This document shows, in pieces, positions 58,450 through 59,999 of a stretch of 59,999 bases of DNA. Made by a program: the position numbers and the translations under genes. The notes under the pieces were generated by a model, which saw only the letters and a program-made list of their open reading frames with translations, did no database searches and was not told the DNA's origin. Source of the DNA: Chitinophaga pinensis. Lineage in GTDB: Bacteria > Bacteroidota > Bacteroidia > AKYH767-A > OLB10. The DNA lies in assembly GCA_943332105.1 (NCBI GenBank), contig CALQOD010000004.1, positions 1 to 59,999 of the forward strand, read 5' to 3'. Within the stretch, counting starts at the first letter, position 1; every line of letters begins with the position of its first letter.

Positions 58450-59247
58450 ATGAGATTTCTCGTTTTTATTTTATTTTTTATTGTATTAAGCTGTCAACAC
58501 GATAAGCCCTCTTTTAATGCTCCGCCAAAAGGCAATGCGCCTAGCTCTTCACTATTAAAATCTGATAGTATCATCGCAGAACAAGATACAGGGCTTATTA
58601 TTTATTTAACATTTGATGATGGCCCTTATAAAACAACTCCAAAAATTGTTTCTGTACTGGAAAAAGAAAATATCAAATCCAGTTTTTTTATAATTGGTGC
58701 ACAACGGGACCGCTCGCCACTTTTTGACAGTATTTATCGAAGAAATTTACAAAATCCAATGTTTCGGTTTTATAACCACTCCTATTCGCACGCCATCACT
58801 AAGGGGCGAATTAAAAAATACTATAAAAATCCAGAAAACGTTTTAGCGGATATTGAAAAAAATCGAGCATACATTCCTTCCACCTCTAAGATGATTAGAT
58901 TACCAGGGAAAACGATTTGGCGAACAGGCATTAGAAAAAGAAAAGATAAAATGACCGCTGGTTTATTAGATTTAATGGACGAAAAAAAAATCGATGATAG
59001 AATTATGGGGTGGGACTTTTCATGGAAAAAAGAAATGAGTAAAGATGTGAGTCGGGTAGACACCTTGATTACTAAAATCATAAAGAAATCAAAAAAGAAA
59101 AAACCATACAGTAACCATGTTGTAATTTTGACACATGACTACTTATATAACTCTAAAACAGCTTTAGAAAACTTGACTTATTTAATAGATCAATTGAAAA
59201 ACAAATATCACTGCTCGTTTAGATGGGCAGAAGAATATCCTAATTAG
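58450..59247 (+). CDS. CE4 polysaccharide deacetylase lipoprotein
   Basis: Lipobox VLSC; LTFDDGP, NHSYSH, IRLPG, VILTHD. Confidence 0.85.
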   Translation: MRFLVFILFFIVLSCQHDKPSFNAPPKGNAPSSSLLKSDSIIAEQDTGLIIYLTFDDGPYKTTPKIVSVLEKENIKSSFFIIGAQRDRSPLFDSIYRRNLQNPMFRFYNHSYSHAITKGRIKKYYKNPENVLADIEKNRAYIPSTSKMIRLPGKTIWRTGIRKRKDKMTAGLLDLMDEKKIDDRIMGWDFSWKKEMSKDVSRVDTLITKIIKKSKKKKPYSNHVVILTHDYLYNSKTALENLTYLIDQLKNKYHCSFRWAEEYPN

Positions 59248-59272
59248 TTTTATATTTACAAGAATTAAAATT

Positions 59273-59785
59273 ATGAAAAAATTATTTATTTATTTCGCTG
59301 CATTACTTCTTATTTCTGCTTGTGGAAAAGATGGCGCTCCGGGTGCAACTGGCCCTCAAGGTCCTTCAGGCAATGTGAATGTACACTCATCAACATATGT
59401 AGTATCGTCGTCACAATGGCAAACAGCCGGTACTTCAGGTACTGACTATGAAAAATTTGTTGACCTAAGTGACCCATACATCTCGCAAGATATTTTAGAT
59501 AATGGCGCTGTTTTAGTTTATTGGATAACAAGTTCAGGAATTAATATTCAACTTCCCTATCAAAATGTTTTTCCTGCGGGAAGTGTTCCATTTATTTATC
59601 AACCCAGTGCTGCCGTTGGAACTGCGACTGTTGAGGCATACTACTCTGACTGGGGCTCTTTCAGCTTTAATGCAAGCAGTCAGATTAAGTTTAAAGTTGT
59701 AACCATCGATGGTTCTCTTCGCGTTACACATCCAGAAATAAACTGGAAAGACCCTCAATCGATTGTTACCGGTTTAAACCTTTAA
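59273..59785 (+). CDS. Lipoprotein with short collagen-like repeat
   Basis: Lipobox ISAC followed by GKD-GAP-GAT-GPQ-GPS-GNV and a beta-rich domain. Confidence 0.82.
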   Translation: MKKLFIYFAALLLISACGKDGAPGATGPQGPSGNVNVHSSTYVVSSSQWQTAGTSGTDYEKFVDLSDPYISQDILDNGAVLVYWITSSGINIQLPYQNVFPAGSVPFIYQPSAAVGTATVEAYYSDWGSFSFNASSQIKFKVVTIDGSLRVTHPEINWKDPQSIVTGLNL

Positions 59786-59795
59786 TTATAAAAAC

Positions 59796-59825
59796 AAAAT
59801 CCCGGGTATTAGACTCGGGATTTTT
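59796..59825. terminator. Bidirectional intrinsic terminator
   Basis: AAAATCCCGGGT-attag-ACTCGGGATTTTT between convergent genes. Confidence 0.82.
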
Positions 59826-59831
59826 CATTTC

Positions 59832-59999
59832 TTACTTTTTATTTAGTCGCATCAGTTCTTGATCCTCTTTGAAAAGTATAAGCTGTTCCTTTAGTTGCTT
59901 ATTTTGTTTTGTCGTTTTAATTTGAAAATGATTCGCGCTTTTTGCTTGTTGAACAAATTCGCCATATAGTTGCGGATTACATTGCACATCCGTTCTCCC
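59832..59999 (-). CDS. 3' end of an unidentified CDS entering from the right edge (not in ORF track)
   Basis: 55 open codons GRTDVQCNPQLYGEF...ELMRLNKK then TAA, ending 6 nt before the terminator. Confidence 0.6.
   Translation of the reverse strand, partial: GRTDVQCNPQLYGEFVQQAKSANHFQIKTTKQNKQLKEQLILFKEDQELMRLNKK

Overview
AT-rich, gene-dense chromosomal segment of a Bacteroidota bacterium. The assignment rests on TAnnTTTG promoter boxes, A-rich start contexts, two T9SS C-terminal domains, and the rplM-rpsI-rpsB-tsf and atpBEFHAG gene orders. Most of it is housekeeping: translation genes, cysS, polA, PBP1A, scoAB, a pccB-like carboxyltransferase, ATP synthase, panCD, htpG, deoC, crtZ and peptidases. 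I see no tRNA/rRNA, CRISPR array, transposase, integrase or prophage. The most unusual block is an ~8 kb putative extracytoplasmic glycosylation and glycan-editing cassette at 3.3-11.3 kb: two GT2 polyprenol-phosphate glycosyltransferases, a coupled methyltransferase, two GT-C-like membrane proteins (one fused to a fascin-like beta-trefoil), a membrane-anchored GH5-like hydrolase and a CBM-like lipoprotein. A TMTC-like gene start at the left edge and a DUF2723/TMEM260-like protein add further GT-C-like candidates. Other leads: a candidate small RNA or attenuator after atpG; an orphan LutB-like protein that has lost all ligands of one Fe-S cluster; a sigma54-like site before htpG; competing hairpins/DnaA-like boxes between htpG and DUF3127; several apparently leaderless genes; and a five-copy TCCCG/CGGGA hairpin family. 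All calls come from reading motifs by eye; no database searches were run.
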